Positions 23,086-37,110 are shown, counted from the first letter of the whole stretch. The stretch is DNA of 63,813 nt, filler included, from Octopus bimaculoides (GCF_001194135.2; 8 parts of 7 records of this genome joined end to end with filler, not necessarily neighbours in it), one strand, 5' to 3'. Translations and numbers: made by a program. The notes: a model not told the origin generated them from the sequence alone.

Positions 23086-24359
23086 CTAGTAGCTCTGCGA
23101 CGGCAAGACTTGAAACGTTGGATATTCCACTCCTCACCGCAAGTTCACTGTACCCCTTTCACTTTATTTGACTATTTTTCATCTTCAGTGATTTAATTAT
23201 ACTATAGTAGAGTAATTGTTAGAATCATACCGCCCACCCCGGTGCACGATAACATTTAGATTAGAAATGGCTCGGCTTAAAATTTGTCATTTAAACTTTG
23301 GAAACGATGTATTTAATAAAAAATGATCCAACAGGTATAACGTTTTTGATATAATTGCAAATGAAAGAATTGAAGGTAAAAAACAAAGAACACATCCAGG
23401 TTTGATGTAAGTTTTGGTGGATGAAAGAGATTTTTGGAGAATGTGCTTTGGTGAATTAAATAATAAATTACATTCATAAAGTTCAGAAAATACAAAGAAA
23501 GTAAACTGGCGAAAATCCAAAATTCTAACAGCAATTCATTCGTCTACTTTTAATGGTTATAAACAAGTTGATTTACATAAGATTTACAGGGAATCCGAAG
23601 GACAAAAAGATCGAAACAAAAATAATACAATCACCTCATCACTTCACCTAAATATTTCATCGCGAAAGAGAACACATTTAGCTGCTTTCTATGTCCTTGA
23701 AAAAGCATTGCTAAAAGAGCTGAAGAAAAAAGAAAGAAAAATGAAGTCTAAAGAGATTAAAAATAATTTTGATGCTTCACCATTTTCAGTCATACGTTGG
23801 GCCATAGAAGTTCGTGCATGATTTTTAAGATTTATAAGGAAAATCAGAAAAAAGATAAGCCATGATCGTCTTCGGTTTGCGCAGTGTAAAAAGATGGTAA
23901 ATTCTTGGCTGTACGTGTGATGGAAATTCTAAGTGATGCTACTCAGATAAAACAACTTACGAAACAGTCGTACATTGAAGCAAGTATTATAGAGTTAGTT
24001 TTCGATAACAGAAGCCAATATTCTGGAGGGCAAATATATTCAGAAACAACTTAAAAATTAAGTTTTTAGGTATTTTAATACCACCTTTATATAAAGATTT
24101 TGAACAATGTGTACATAAAACTACTTGGCAGAGCACCAAGTTCAAAGAATCAGTCACACGAAATTTTTCGGATTAAATGGGGGGAAACATAGACAACAGA
24201 AAAGTTCATTCAGTGTTGCATTTTAATTGGGCCCCAACCGCTGTTTATTTTGATATGAGATCACTATTTCGCGCAGATATGGTTGCGATGCATGTGCCTA
24301 GTGTACCCTCATCAAACAGTTAGTCATGATGAGTGTTACTTTGACGGCGTGTGCTGAAT

Positions 24360-24550
24360 AAAACACCCGACCAAAATATTGCCCCAAAAGAAGTGGAGAA
24401 ATTGTCAAAGTACAAAGATCTCGAAATTGAAGTATTCAAGATGTGGAGCATGCGGGTGAAAACAATACCAATAATAATTGGAGCATTGGGAATGATAAAA
24501 ATACATATGAACAAAAACGAAGAAACTATACCTGCACCCTCAACATTGCA
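24360..24550 (+). mobile_element. RLE-type (R4/Dong-like) non-LTR retrotransposon C-terminal fragment
   Basis: DQNIAPKEVEKLSKYKDLEIEVFKMWSMRVKTIPIIIGALGMI contains the KxxKY motif of the restriction-like endonuclease. Confidence 0.8.
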
Positions 24551-24577
24551 CACTATCTAATATATATATATATATAC

Positions 24578-24621
<44 letters not shown>

Positions 24622-25057
24622 TTGTTAAGAACAGTTCACATCCTACGCAAGACATTATCAATTCAATAATACAACCTAAACAAAACAATCAGCAAACAAA
24701 AGACACACTTTATATAATAAATATCCAATGAAATAAACAACGACCACAACATGTATTCTACAGGTCGGATACCCGACAAAAGAATACAACTCGCATCACA
24801 CACACAACACAAAATACAAACATTAATACGACAAAAAAAAAAACTCCAACCTGACCTCATAACAAAACAAACGGATGCAAGACAATACCTGGAAGATTTT
24901 ACAGACTCTCCATCAACAACAGCAACAACAAAACACACACACACACAATGCCGCACAAACCCCAGCAACACGGAGATTAAGCGGTAGAAATCTGCTTGAA
25001 ACTATCAAATGTTGAATAATAATAATAATGATGATGATGGTGATGATAATAATGGTG

Positions 25058-25100
<43 letters not shown>

Positions 25101-25102
<2 letters not shown>

Positions 25103-25311
25103 GTTTCAAATTTTGCCTGAAGGGCAGCAATTACGGGGGAAGAGTATAAGTCGATTACATCGACCCCAGTGTTTCAATGGTACTTATTTTATCGACCCCG
25201 AAACGATGAAAGGCTGAGTCGAACTCGGTGGAATTCGAACTCAGATCGTAGAGACGGATGGAATGCCGCTAAGCATTTCGTCCAGCGTGCTAACGATTCT
25301 GCCACTACGCC
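25101..25311 (-). mobile_element. tRNA-derived SINE family A
   Basis: The minus strand reads GTGGCAGAATCGTTAGCACG...GAGTTCGAATTCCACCGAG.TCGAC...TTTCATCGTTTCGGGGTCGATAAAA.AAGTACC, with an (ATT)n tail. Confidence 0.9.
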
Positions 25312-25537
25312 GTCTACATAATAATAATAATAATAAAAATAATAATAATAATAATGATAATAATAACTTCGTATATTTGCCTCAAGTGTAAATCATGAGA
25401 AGGGCATTACAAGGACAATTTGTGTGGGAGTTTGCATAAAAGATGAGGGAAAGAAAAGGAAAGGAATAGGGATGAGATAGAATAGTATGCAAAATATCAG
25501 AACCCATGGATGATGCAGAGATCTTCAGCGAGAGACA

Positions 25538-25594
<57 letters not shown>

Positions 25595-25710
25595 CTTTTC
25601 TACTCTAGGCACAAGGCCCGAAATTTTTGGGGAGGGGGGCCAGTCGATTAGATCGACCCCAGTACGCAACCGGTGCTAAATTTATCGACCCCGAAAGGAT
25701 GGAAGACAAA
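25595..25710 (-). mobile_element. SINE family A, 3' half, cut by a gap
   Basis: GGGTCGATCTAATCGACTGGCCCCCTCCCC..AAATTTCGGGCCTTGTGCCTAGAGTAGAAAAGATTATT. Confidence 0.85.
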
Positions 25711-26419
25711 NNNNNNNNNNNNNNNNNNNNNNNNNNNNNNNNNNNNNNNNNNNNNNNNNNNNNNNNNNNNNNNNNNNNNNNNNNNNNNNNNNNNNNNNNN
25801 NNNNNNNNNNNNNNNNNNNNNNNNNNNNNNNNNNNNNNNNNNNNNNNNNNNNNNNNNNNNNNNNNNNNNNNNNNNNNNNNNNNNNNNNNNNNNNNNNNNN
25901 NNNNNNNNNNNNNNNNNNNNNNNNNNNNNNNNNNNNNNNNNNNNNNNNNNNNNNNNNNNNNNNNNNNNNNNNNNNNNNNNNNNNNNNNNNNNNNNNNNNN
26001 NNNNNNNNNNNNNNNNNNNNNNNNNNNNNNNNNNNNNNNNNNNNNNNNNNNNNNNNNNNNNNNNNNNNNNNNNNNNNNNNNNNNNNNNNNNNNNNNNNNN
26101 NNNNNNNNNNNNNNNNNNNNNNNNNNNNNNNNNNNNNNNNNNNNNNNNNNNNNNNNNNNNNNNNNNNNNNNNNNNNNNNNNNNNNNNNNNNNNNNNNNNN
26201 NNNNNNNNNNNNNNNNNNNNNNNNNNNNNNNNNNNNNNNNNNNNNNNNNNNNNNNNNNNNNNNNNNNNNNNNNNNNNNNNNNNNNNNNNNNNNNNNNNNN
26301 NNNNNNNNNNNNNNNNNNNNNATAATAATAATAATAATAATAATAATATTTAAAAAAAGGATTGACGTAACTCTTCACGAAGGTAAATAGTCAAAACGAA
26401 GAGCGCTCTTCGTTTTGAC

Positions 26420-26472
<53 letters not shown>

Positions 26473-26988
26473 TTAATAATAATAATAATAATAATAATAA
26501 TTCTTGTAAATCTCAAGGAAATGAACTTACTTTCTCGAAATTGATTGCTCGTCAGCTGTGGTGGTTCCTCTATTACGATGTCGTATTCACGTATTTTATT
26601 TTTCCTTTCTTTTCGTATCGCTTCCTCTCGTATATTTTTAGAAAAAAAAGTTTCAAACTGTTTGTGCTGTGACATATGGACTTCATCCTTATGAATATGT
26701 GTGTACACGTGTGTGTGTGTGTGTGCGGTCAAGGAATTATGTCCTGGGAAGGCTGTGTCACATGCAGTCCGTTGTCCGTGACAATCCTTCGGATTTAATG
26801 AAATGATAATCCCTCTGTCTCGCTGTCAATCAATCGATTCATCGATGATTTGTGTCATTTCGCTTGTTTCTTTGTTTTTTTTTCTTTTGTTTTTTCTCTC
26901 TCATTATTTTTGTTCAGCATTTTCTGTCTTTCGAAATCGTCTCGCAACAAAAACAACAAATGACACCTACATAAACTCTACAAAAACA

Positions 26989-27023
<35 letters not shown>

Positions 27024-27033
27024 TGTATGTATG

Positions 27034-27085
<52 letters not shown>

Positions 27086-27189
27086 AATAGTTAGATCGAT
27101 AGATAGATAAATATACGTACATATATAAACATACATACATAGTGCCCAAGTTTGAATCCACAACTGGTGTATATTAAATTTTTATGTTT

Positions 27190-27330
27190 TAGTGTTACTC
27201 TGTTTTCTGTTGTGGATAGGTAGAAAGCTGCAAACGTAGGTCCCAGTGGGGAACCCATTGTCATTCCATCTTGTGTAACAATTTGCGTGCAACGAAAGGA
27301 ACTTCTGTTGTACACATCATAAGTAGTTTT
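27190..27330 (-). mobile_element. Short Penelope-like RT fragment from a different subfamily
   Basis: TQDGMTMGSPLGPTFAAFYLST matches Q..G.AMGSPLGP..AN.YM. Confidence 0.7.
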
Positions 27331-27825
27331 TTGTAATAACTCCGTACCTTATCGCTTCGCCTGTTGTCTCCCGCAATAACAATTGCGAGCGTTTACAGCC
27401 TGCTAGACATAGTAACAAAATCTCCCCTCAGCTGACACGTTCTTATAAATGACACATTCGATGAAGTGAACCTGGTTCTTTGCACGCCCCCCCCCAATGG
27501 GATAGTTACGGTTGGAATGGTTTTGATCATAGTTGTGCAGGATATCTAGCTGACCTGGGGTTAACAACGTCGTCGTCGTCGTCGTCGTCGTCATCGTCAT
27601 CATCATCATCATCAACAATAGCAATGAAGAATATAAAACGGGAAGGGGACATAGTTTCCAATAGCGATCGAACTCATGACCTTGCGCGTTATAAACGAAG
27701 TTTGCATATAGTAATCCAAGTTTGCAGGTGGCGTGGGTTGGTTACCCTGTAGAATCCATAATCTCGGTACCTTCTGAGGGTTACGAATGGTCTATTGCAG
27801 AGAGCAGCAGCAATAACAGGTACAG

Positions 27826-27860
27826 TATCATCATCATCATCGTCATCATCATCATCATCA

Positions 27861-27905
<45 letters not shown>

Positions 27906-27959
27906 TCGTGGTGGTGGTGGTGGTGGTGGTGGTCATCATCATCATCATCATCGTCATCA
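27826..27959. repeat. Compound trinucleotide microsatellite (CAT/CGT/GGT)n
   Basis: Seen directly. It runs into a gap. Confidence 0.95.
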
Positions 27960-29431
27960 NNNNNNNNNNNNNNNNNNNNNNNNNNNNNNNNNNNNNNNNN
28001 NNNNNNNNNNNNNNNNNNNNNNNNNNNNNNNNNNNNNNNNNNNNNNNNNNNNNNNNNNNNNNNNNNNNNNNNNNNNNNNNNNNNNNNNNNNNNNNNNNNN
28101 NNNNNNNNNNNNNNNNNNNNNNNNNNNNNNNNNNNNNNNNNNNNNNNNNNNNNNNNNNNNNNNNNNNNNNNNNNNNNNNNNNNNNNNNNNNNNNNNNNNN
28201 NNNNNNNNNNNNNNNNNNNNNNNNNNNNNNNNNNNNNNNNNNNNNNNNNNNNNNNNNNNNNNNNNNNNNNNNNNNNNNNNNNNNNNNNNNNNNNNNNNNN
28301 NNNNNNNNNNNNNNNNNNNNNNNNNNNNNNNNNNNNNNNNNNNNNNNNNNNNNNNNNNNNNNNNNNNNNNNNNNNNNNNNNNNNNNNNNNNNNNNNNNNN
28401 NNNNNNNNNNNNNNNNNNNNNNNNNNNNNNNNNNNNNNNNNNNNNNNNNNNNNNNNNNNNNNNNNNNNNNNNNNNNNNNNNNNNNNNNNNNNNNNNNNNN
28501 NNNNNNNNNNNNNNNNNNNNNNNNNNNNNNNNNNNNNNNNNNNNNNNNNNNNNNNNNNNNNNNNNNNNNNNNNNNNNNNNNNNNNNNNNNNNNNNNNNNN
28601 NNNNNNNNNNNNNNNNNNNNNNNNNNNNNNNNNNNNNNNNNNNNNNNNNNNNNNNNNNNNNNNNNNNNNNNNNNNNNNNNNNNNNNNNNNNNNNNNNNNN
28701 NNNNNNNNNNNNNNNNNNNNNNNNNNNNNNNNNNNNNNNNNNNNNNNNNNNNNNNNNNNNNNNNNNNNNNNNNNNNNNNNNNNNNNNNNNNNNNNNNNNN
28801 NNNNNNNNNNNNNNNNNNNNNNNNNNNNNNNNNNNNNNNNNNNNNNNNNNNNNNNNNNNNNNNNNNNNNNNNNNNNNNNNNNNNNNNNNNNNNNNNNNNN
28901 NNNNNNNNNNNNNNNNNNNNNNNNNNNNNNNNNNNNNNNNNNNNTCGACTGCTCGTTGCCCGACGGTACAACGTTTCTCCGTTTAGACATGTTATTAAAT
29001 GATTCTTTTCCCAAATTTGTTTGACCGTTGACCCTCCGCTGTTGGTTTGGTGACGTGTTGATTCGGTTGCAGTATGTCTGGGCGTGAGAGTCATTCATCC
29101 ACGGCAAGGATTCCCTCCATCGTAAGCAGGCAAATGGGAGCGAAGAGACGGAAAGATTGAAAGCAGCTTGGAAATTGGGAAAGAAAGAAAAATAGAATTT
29201 GTAAGTGTGGGATAGAGGAAGAGAGTGAATGCAGAGATAGAGACTTAGGGAGAAAGAGAGGTGACAGAGAAAGAGAGAAGGAGAGAGCCTCTAAGTAACA
29301 GGAAACAAAAGAGATGAGAGAGAAAGCGAGAGAGAAGGGGAGAGACAGAGGGAGAAAGAAACAGCAGTTAAACAAGAATCGGTTGCGAAAGAAATAGAGA
29401 ACGTTAGACAGAAGAATGGACAGATAGCGAA

Positions 29432-29464
<33 letters not shown>

Positions 29465-29894
29465 TAGAGAGAGAAAGAGAGGGAGAAAGAGAGATAGAGA
29501 GTGAGAAAGAGAGAGAGAGACATATGATAAAAGTGAAAGAAGGAGAGTGTCTAACATCGAGACAACAAAACTGCTAAACTGCAAAGAGCAAAGACAGAGA
29601 CGAGAAAGAGAGAAACTGGAAGAAGCAGACGTTAGATCTAAACAGATAGATAGAAAGATACTGAGAGAGAAAGGGCGAAAGTGAGGGTGAGAGAGAGAGA
29701 GAGAAGCGGGTAGGAGAGCAAAATAACTGAGCCGTAAAGTTGCCGCTGATGTGGGGAAATCCTTATACCTGCTGCTGCTGTTGCTGCTGTTGCTGCAGTT
29801 GGTGGTGTTTTCTCAAGAAAACCTCCTCCACTTGTGTACGTGTATCGGAGTGAACACCACTCGATTGCCCCAAATTCACATACACATACATACG

Positions 29895-30004
<110 letters not shown>

Positions 30005-30327
30005 CGCATATGCATTTATATATGTAAGTACATATGTCTGTATGTGTGTGTGTGTGTGTGTGTGCGCGTGTGTGTGTGTGCGTGAATATTCATAGTACTG
30101 TGGAGTTGATTGGCAGGGAAATAGAAACGGGTGGACGGGGTACGGGACAAGAGAACCTCGGGTTGGCGGCGAGTGTCAGGCGTGAATGAGGGTGGCAGTG
30201 GAGATGAGGGCGACGAAGAGGTGAACGGACGGAGGGCATGAAATTGTCCCTTTTGATGTTTGCAAAATGCCAAAAACTGATGCCTTTTGTTCTTTTTGTG
30301 TTTTTGTGTGTTTTGTTTTGTTTTGTT

Positions 30328-30369
<42 letters not shown>

Positions 30370-30544
30370 GAACCGAATGTCAGCGTCGGAAAGAATCAAG
30401 AGACGAGGAAATCTCCGTTCTTGGCCAAGTTATAGTAGTACATGAGTTAGCAGCAGCAGCAGTAGCAGCAGCAACAAAACGGCTGCAGCGATCGTAGCAG
30501 CAGCAGCAGCTGCAAGTGTCAGTGTAGTATGGAACAAATGTGAG

Positions 30545-30700
30545 TGGTGAATTGGTGAGAGTGGTTTAGAACGTTGCAGAGTCTGTCTTGCGAGTATTTG
30601 TTCCGGCTCTCTACGGTCTCTGAGTTCAATCCCTGCCGAGGCTCATCCTTGCTTTTTCATTCTTCCAGGGGTCGATATATTAAAGTACCAGTTAAGTAAC
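30545..30700 (+). mobile_element. SINE family A, degraded
   Basis: CTGAGTTCAATCCCTGCCGAGG...CCAGGGGTCGATATATTAAAGTACCAGTT. Confidence 0.6.
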
Positions 30701-31104
30701 ACTAGAGTGTGATCCTTCTACGTGTGCATGTATGTATATGTGTTATACAAACACACACATGCATGATACAAACATACATACTTATACGTCTGTAAGGGTT
30801 GTGAATGTGTGTGGATAACCACCCCACAGTTTCCTTTTCTCCCCCCCCCCCACACAAAATGGAGAAGGACTCGAGCGAGAGGCTAGCAACTTCTTTTTTT
30901 TTTCTAAGAAAGACTGATTCTTTGACATGTTAGCAGAACCGTCCAGAGACAGAGCGATGTGCCACACAAGCACGAAACGGAAATAAAGAATAAAAATAAG
31001 AGAGNNNNNNNNNNNNNNNNNNNNNNNNNNNNNNNNNNNNNNNNNNNNTTAATTAATTAANNNNNNNNNNNNNNNNNNNNNNNNNNNNNNNNNNNNNNNN
31101 NNNN

Positions 31105-31168
<64 letters not shown>

Positions 31169-32699
31169 CATCATTATTATTACTATTTTGTTGGCATTGT
31201 GTGGCCTGATAAGATTTCTCTATATTAAGAAGTACAGCGGTGACACAAAGTTTCAATTAATCAATTTATGCGTCACAGAGAAATCCATAAAGTTTACATC
31301 AGCTCATTGTTTCCTGAAATTTGAAAGTTTTTTTTTATCAGGTAGCAAATAAATATTATTACTAATGCTGATTCTGTTAGCCTTGTGCCAAAATTAGGAA
31401 CCATTATTAATACTGATTTTTATTGATTCTTGTGCATTTTGAAAATACATGAATGCTACAATTTTTTTCCCTTTCTTCCTGAAAAAAGATTTTCTCCGAC
31501 TCTAAAACCATAACAGATAGAGATAAAAAGACATTGTAATGCAATTCACAATGCTGTTTCGATTCCCGTTTGAAGAAGCTCTAGTTTAGTTACACTTTTC
31601 ATACTCTTCGAAAAAAAAATCTACTCATTTATATGAGAGAATGATGAGTTGATAGGTTCAGTGAAGTTGCAAGGCAGTTAGCTATTGACATAACAAGAAT
31701 ATACCATAGCAGCTGGTTAAGATCATTTCACGTGCCATACACAGTTAATGCACTTAGGAAACACCTACATTTCATACTTCCTAAGTATCTCATTAAGATT
31801 AAACATATTTGTTTCTCATCGCACGTAAAAAAATATTTTATTCAAAATAAATCCTATGCAACGCAATGTAGTTAAGTTCAATGAATGAGGTGCTGTTAAA
31901 AAAAAACACAACAGCACACACTTTTTAACGTAATGCAGCACTGTGGTTCACTGAGATAAGTATGCAATTATTGGTGAATCAAGTTTCAATTGCCAGCCAT
32001 GACAATTTTGATACGAAAGTAAATATATCACATTATACTAAATAGCATCAAGACGCGTACGTAACCATGATATATTTCAAGCTATTAGTATCACATTCCT
32101 TCTAGCTGTTTCAAAATAACACATTTAGATTTCCTTATATCAGTCCTTTGTAGTCATTGCTTAGGAGAGATGAGTCACGCTCTGAATGATTCGCTAGTCT
32201 TTCGCAGACAACATTCTTAGCTGAAAATGGGATCGAACCTTAATTAGGGGAAAGACAGTGTAGAAATAAAGTACTCTGTCCTGAAATACATATAGTACAA
32301 TACCTCAGCGACTCAGCTAAATGTTTCACTATGTCAAGAGAGGATCCCTATGTCCACTCGTTACTACATAGGCACCTATAACAGTTAGCGAAAGCATGAT
32401 TCATGTTACCAAATCATACATGCTCGCGAATAACAGCTAGCTGTACTGTAACACCTCCAACTACCTCGGGTAGGTGGGTTATTTGACGTATTTACGTAGT
32501 ACAATTTGTCAAAGGATTATCTCCCAACATTTACGCTTCGGTGACCAGTTCATCCAACCTCTCGATTTTCACCATAAGCTCGTACACCGGATCTCCCACT
32601 CCGTGCTTCTCTTCTTTTTCCTAGAAACTTTCTTCTTTATGTGGTTTCGAAAAGCAGTAAGAACATTTGTTGTTATTGTCACCTTATTCCTTGCGGATG

Positions 32700-32945
32700 C
32701 ACGTGGCTTGGTGCTTAGAGTATTGAACTCAAGATCGTAAGATTGTGGTTTCGATTCGTAGACCAGGCGACGCCCTGTGTTCTTGAGCAAAACACCTCAT
32801 TTCAAGTTGCTCCAATTCACTCAGCTGGCAAAAATGAGTGATCCTGCGACGGACCAGTGTCCCGTCCAGGTGGGGAATATATACGCCACAAAACTGGGAA
32901 ACTGACCCTTGTAAACTGGTATGACTTGAGGGGGTAACTTTACGT
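32700..32945 (+). mobile_element. tRNA-derived SINE family C
   Basis: The head TGGCTTGGTGCTTAGAG...GGTTTCGATTCG and the central GTGTTCTTGAGCAA.ACAC...TTTCA.GTTGCTCCA.TTCACTCAGCTG are shared with 62570-62930. The 3' part differs (CCTGCGACGGACCAGTGTCCCGTCCAGG). Confidence 0.75.
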
Positions 32946-33064
32946 ACCTTTTACAAACTTTCTTTTTTGTACCCTCAATTTACATAACCTGTACTTCCAC
33001 ATTGATGTTTACATGGAGCCACACACGCACACACCATCTGGCTCTCTAGCATGCACACGATATA

Positions 33065-33106
<42 letters not shown>

Positions 33107-33371
33107 TCGATACAAACACACTCGTCCATATCCGCCCTCCCAAACGGAATGTACCCCATAGCAATTCCCCCTCTCACTACGCTCACCTACTACACACGCA
33201 TATCCATTTCAACTCGTACACACAAGCACATACACTTATTCATGCACACCTTACAAATCGTGCGACACTTATAGGTGTAGTATACACATACACACAAGTA
33301 CACAGACACTACAAAAATATAGAAATGCACATATACAGATATGTGCATACATGCATATATGTGAATGTGGG

Positions 33372-33408
<37 letters not shown>

Positions 33409-33502
33409 NNNNNNNNNNTTTATAAGAATATAAATAAAACATAAAGAACAGACAGAGTTGGAACTCTTTTAAATAATATATATATATATATATATGAAGA
33501 AT

Positions 33503-34020
33503 GGAATGTAGTTATATAAAGCCGGAACAATGCAAGAAGGGACAAAGTAAACTACAAATGAAAAGAAAACTGAACAAAGCTGCAATTTTATCTTATATTT
33601 CTATATTTCGGGGTAAAGACCCCTTCTTCAGGACATTCGGAAAAGAGGTGGTTGGAAAAAGTTTATTGCTCAGAAGATTATGTGTGTGTGTGGGTGGGGG
33701 GGGGCACAGGGGCAATCTCAGAATTATGGAAGCCTTCTTTATAATCAAATTGAAAACAGCTATTAACAATAGGCAGGAACTAAATGAAGCAGACTGGTTG
33801 CTATAGCAACAACCGTCCGCGCATGTCACCTTCTTCCTTCTTCCCCTGCCCCCTGCCTTACACTTTTGAGCAGCAAACTTTTTCCAACCACCACTTTTCC
33901 GAACTTCTTTAAGAACGAGTCTTCATCCCGAAATATAGAAATACAAGGTATAACTGCAATTTTGTTCAGGTTACTTTGTACCTACTCGCATTGTTCTGGC
34001 TTTATACAACTACATTCTTT
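33503..34020 (+). mobile_element. 5'-truncated Penelope-like element: inverted pLTR, GIY-YIG C-terminus, pLTR
   Basis: About 33503-33675 is inverted to about 33865-34020. Between them the + frame reads NLRIMEAFFIIKLKTAINNRQEL..LL*, which resembles the end of the PLE endonuclease. Confidence 0.8.
33589..33635 (-). ncRNA. Minimal type I hammerhead (family H2) in the inverted pLTR
   Basis: UGUC-CUGAAGA-A-GGGG-UCUUUA-CCCC-GAA-AUAU-AGAA-AUAU-A-(A)-GAUA. The + copy at about 33905-33950 is decayed (CUUUAAGAA). Confidence 0.7.
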
Positions 34021-34056
34021 AAATTATAACTTACAATGCTTCAAAAAACCTAATTT

Positions 34057-34088
<32 letters not shown>

Positions 34089-34280
34089 NNNNNNNNNNNN
34101 NNNNNNNNNNNNNNNNNNNNNNNNNNNNNNNNTTAATTAATTAANNNNNNNNNNNNNNNNNNNNNNNNNNNNNNNNNNNNNNNNNNNNCAGCAAGTTCCA
34201 GCAAGTTCCAGCAAGTTCCCCTCCCCTCAAAATAACAGGTTTCTTTAAATAACAAATATTCATAATTAACAAGCTAGAAG

Positions 34281-34870
34281 ACGGCGAGCTGGCAGAATCG
34301 TTAACAAGTCGGGTGAAATACTTAGCGTTCTGAGTTCAAATTCCACCGAGGTCGACTTTGCCTTTCATCCTTTCGGAGTCGATAAATTAAGTACCAGTTA
34401 CGCACTGAGGACGATCTAATCGACGTAATCCCTTTGTCTGTCCTTGTTTGTCTCCTCTATGTTTAGCCCCTTGTGGGCAATAAACAAATAAGAATCGTTT
34501 CCGCGGGCAACATGCTATGGAGTATTTCTTCCGGTTTTAAGTTCTGAGTTCAAATTCCGCCATGATCAACCTTATCTTTCATCCTTTCGCGTGCGATAGA
34601 ATACGCACCAGTTGAGGATTGGTGTCGATGTAAACTACAACAGCACGGGCGATAACTTTGTAATGTAATAATCTCTCCTACTAAAGGTCTGAAATTTTCG
34701 GGGAGAGGTCTAGTCGATTACATCGACCCTATTGTATCACTGGTAATTAATTTATCGACTGCAAAACGGATGAAAGGCAAAGTTGACCTCGGTGGAATTT
34801 GAACTCAGAATGTGAAGACAAACGAAATAACGCGAAGCATTTCGCCCGGCGTGCTAACGATTCTGCCAAC
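34281..34870. mobile_element. Cluster of three family A SINEs
   Basis: Copies at + 34281-34480, + about 34493-34640 and - about 34665-34870 all carry GAGTTCAAATTCC.CC and TTTCATCC.TT. Confidence 0.85.
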
Positions 34871-35179
34871 TTGCAACCTTAACTTCGTAATGTAATAATA
34901 ACAACAATCGATAAAGAATGCCACTAGCATTGATGCAAATATAAGCTACCATGCCCTCTGCACAGTTAACAAAAGATATAACCATTCAATTGATCAGAAC
35001 AGGCGAAAAGGTCAACAGATTTAAAACATAAAATCGTTAAAATGTCAGTATAAATACATGTTTTACTTTAAGTGTAATAAACTGAAGATATATTATTGAG
35101 CAGAATCAAAGCTGATGCGAATGAATGTATGTACGTACAGATATACATACACACATACACATGTATATATGTGTGTATG

Positions 35180-35215
<36 letters not shown>

Positions 35216-35282
35216 GATATACATGTTTTTTTCTGCCTGTTGTCTGTCTTACTTCCTAGATATATTTCTTTCGACTATAGGT

Positions 35283-35449
35283 GCAGGAGTGGGTGTGTGG
35301 TAAGTCGCTTGCTTACCAACCACACGGTTCCGGGTTCGGTTCCACTACGTGGCACCTTGGGCAAGTGTTTTCTACTATTCTACTATAGCTTCGGGCCGTT
35401 CAAAGCCTTGTGAGTGGATTTGGTAGACGGAAACTGAAAGAAGCCCGTC

Positions 35450-35517
<68 letters not shown>

Positions 35518-35735
35518 ATATGTTTGGGCGTCTGCGTTTGTCCCCCTACCAACGCTTGACAACTGATGTTGGTGTGTTTACGTCCCTGTAACCTATCGGT
35601 TCCGCAAAACAAAACCGTTAGAAAAAGTAGTAGGCTTACAAATGAACAAGTCCTGGGGTCGAGTTGTTCGACTGAAGGCGGTGCTCCAGCATGACCGCAG
35701 TGAAATGACAGAAACAAATAAATAGAATAAAGAAT
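35283..35735 (+). mobile_element. SINE family B, long form with an internal (TA)n(TG)n tract
   Basis: The head and body span 35283-35452. After the microsatellite comes a 3' part ending GGCGGTGCTCCAGCATGACCGCAG..ATGACAGAAACAAATAAA, also seen at about 53840-53900. Confidence 0.85.
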
Positions 35736-36019
35736 AAAAAAATACGTCCATACATATATATTGATCTCCGCGTTGAGGGCGAGTATTTTTGCCCTTTTCA
35801 AATATGGCTACTCGTTGTTTGTGTACATTAAGTTATATACATAGCTGGCTATCTCATACACATATCATTAGCAATCAGAAGTCGCGACTTTAATTGTTCA
35901 TGGCTTTGGCATGACTTGATAAGCTTTCTTTATACTGATCGGCTTTTCGCTTGATGTTGCCATTTATTATGATCAAATCGTTTCCACTTCATGTTCCTTT
36001 TGTTTTTTTTTTGTTTTTT

Positions 36020-37110
36020 TTGTATCTTTGAATCTCAGTCAAGGTCTTCCATGGTATAGTTAGGAGTAGACAATATGTCTGGCGAGCCTGTTCTTGACTA
36101 TCCTGTTTATTTGTGTCATGCAACATAAACTTCAATCAATGAGGATTGCCATCATAGTATGCAGAGCAGCGCACACCATAGGATCAGTTCATCCCGGATC
36201 TTTCAAATAGAGTGATATTTATGATTTGTCGCAGCTGTCTCACCATATATGCATGTAACTTCACTAGTTGAGCTTCATAGACTGTCCAGGCTTTAGCTCC
36301 ATACATCAAAGAAGAAACAACTATAGGTTGATATACCTTACAACTGACATGTATAGAAACATGCTTATTTTTCCACAACCCCTCCTGTGGCTTGCCAAAT
36401 GAAGCACTACCCCTGCTCATTCTGTATGAGATTTCCTGGTTTATTTGTGAATTATCTGAAATTTTGCTGCCAAAGTATTTGAATGTTTTGCACTGGGTCA
36501 GCCTTTTGCACTGGGTCAGATGTTTTCTTTTGTTACAGGATCAGTTACGTTCTCCACAGGCTGGTAAAGGCATTCGGTATTTTGAAGTTAAACTTTAAGC
36601 TGAACAGTTGTGTAGCTCTTGCAAAGCTATCTACCTGTTTCTGTGTATCTTCAGCGCTTTAGGCAACCAGCGTACTATCATCAGCCAGCAGCATTTCTCA
36701 CACTAGGACCCTCGTGCTGGCCCTTGTACTGCGCGTCTTAGCTTTATACAGTGCAACATTAAACAGATCTGTATCATGCCCCAAAGGTAACTTCAAACAC
36801 TGCTGCAAGATTGAGGGAGAACAGTGCACCCTTGTTTAACTGTATTTGTCACCACAAACTCGCTATCTTGTATTACAAATGCTTGCATTCCTTCGTATAG
36901 GGATCTGACCAAGTTGAACTTTCGGGGACAACATTATTTCTTAAGAACAACACAAAGTGCATCATGCAATATTGTGTTTGAGGGTCTTCGTGAAGTCTGT
37001 GAACACTGCATACATGGACATGTTCTGCTCCATGCATTTTCCCTGTATTTGGCGAAGTCAGATCATGTCCACACTGCTTCTACCGCACTGCTTCTTTTCC
37101 CTTCAGTCTT
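36020..37110 (-). mobile_element. RTE LINE RT domain and C-terminus
   Basis: DMI..RQIQGKCMEQN..YAVF.DFTK..VKQGC...EMLLADD...MSRGSASFG...KVY..IV.SSLMYGA.AWTVY...LHAYM.R.LRQI...GRP.LRFKD. Confidence 0.85.

Noticed and set aside
27655-27700. tRNA-like TTATAA...GAGTTCGATC on the minus strand
   Set aside because: There is no acceptor stem or D arm, so it is a SINE-head or pseudogene scrap rather than a tRNA gene.
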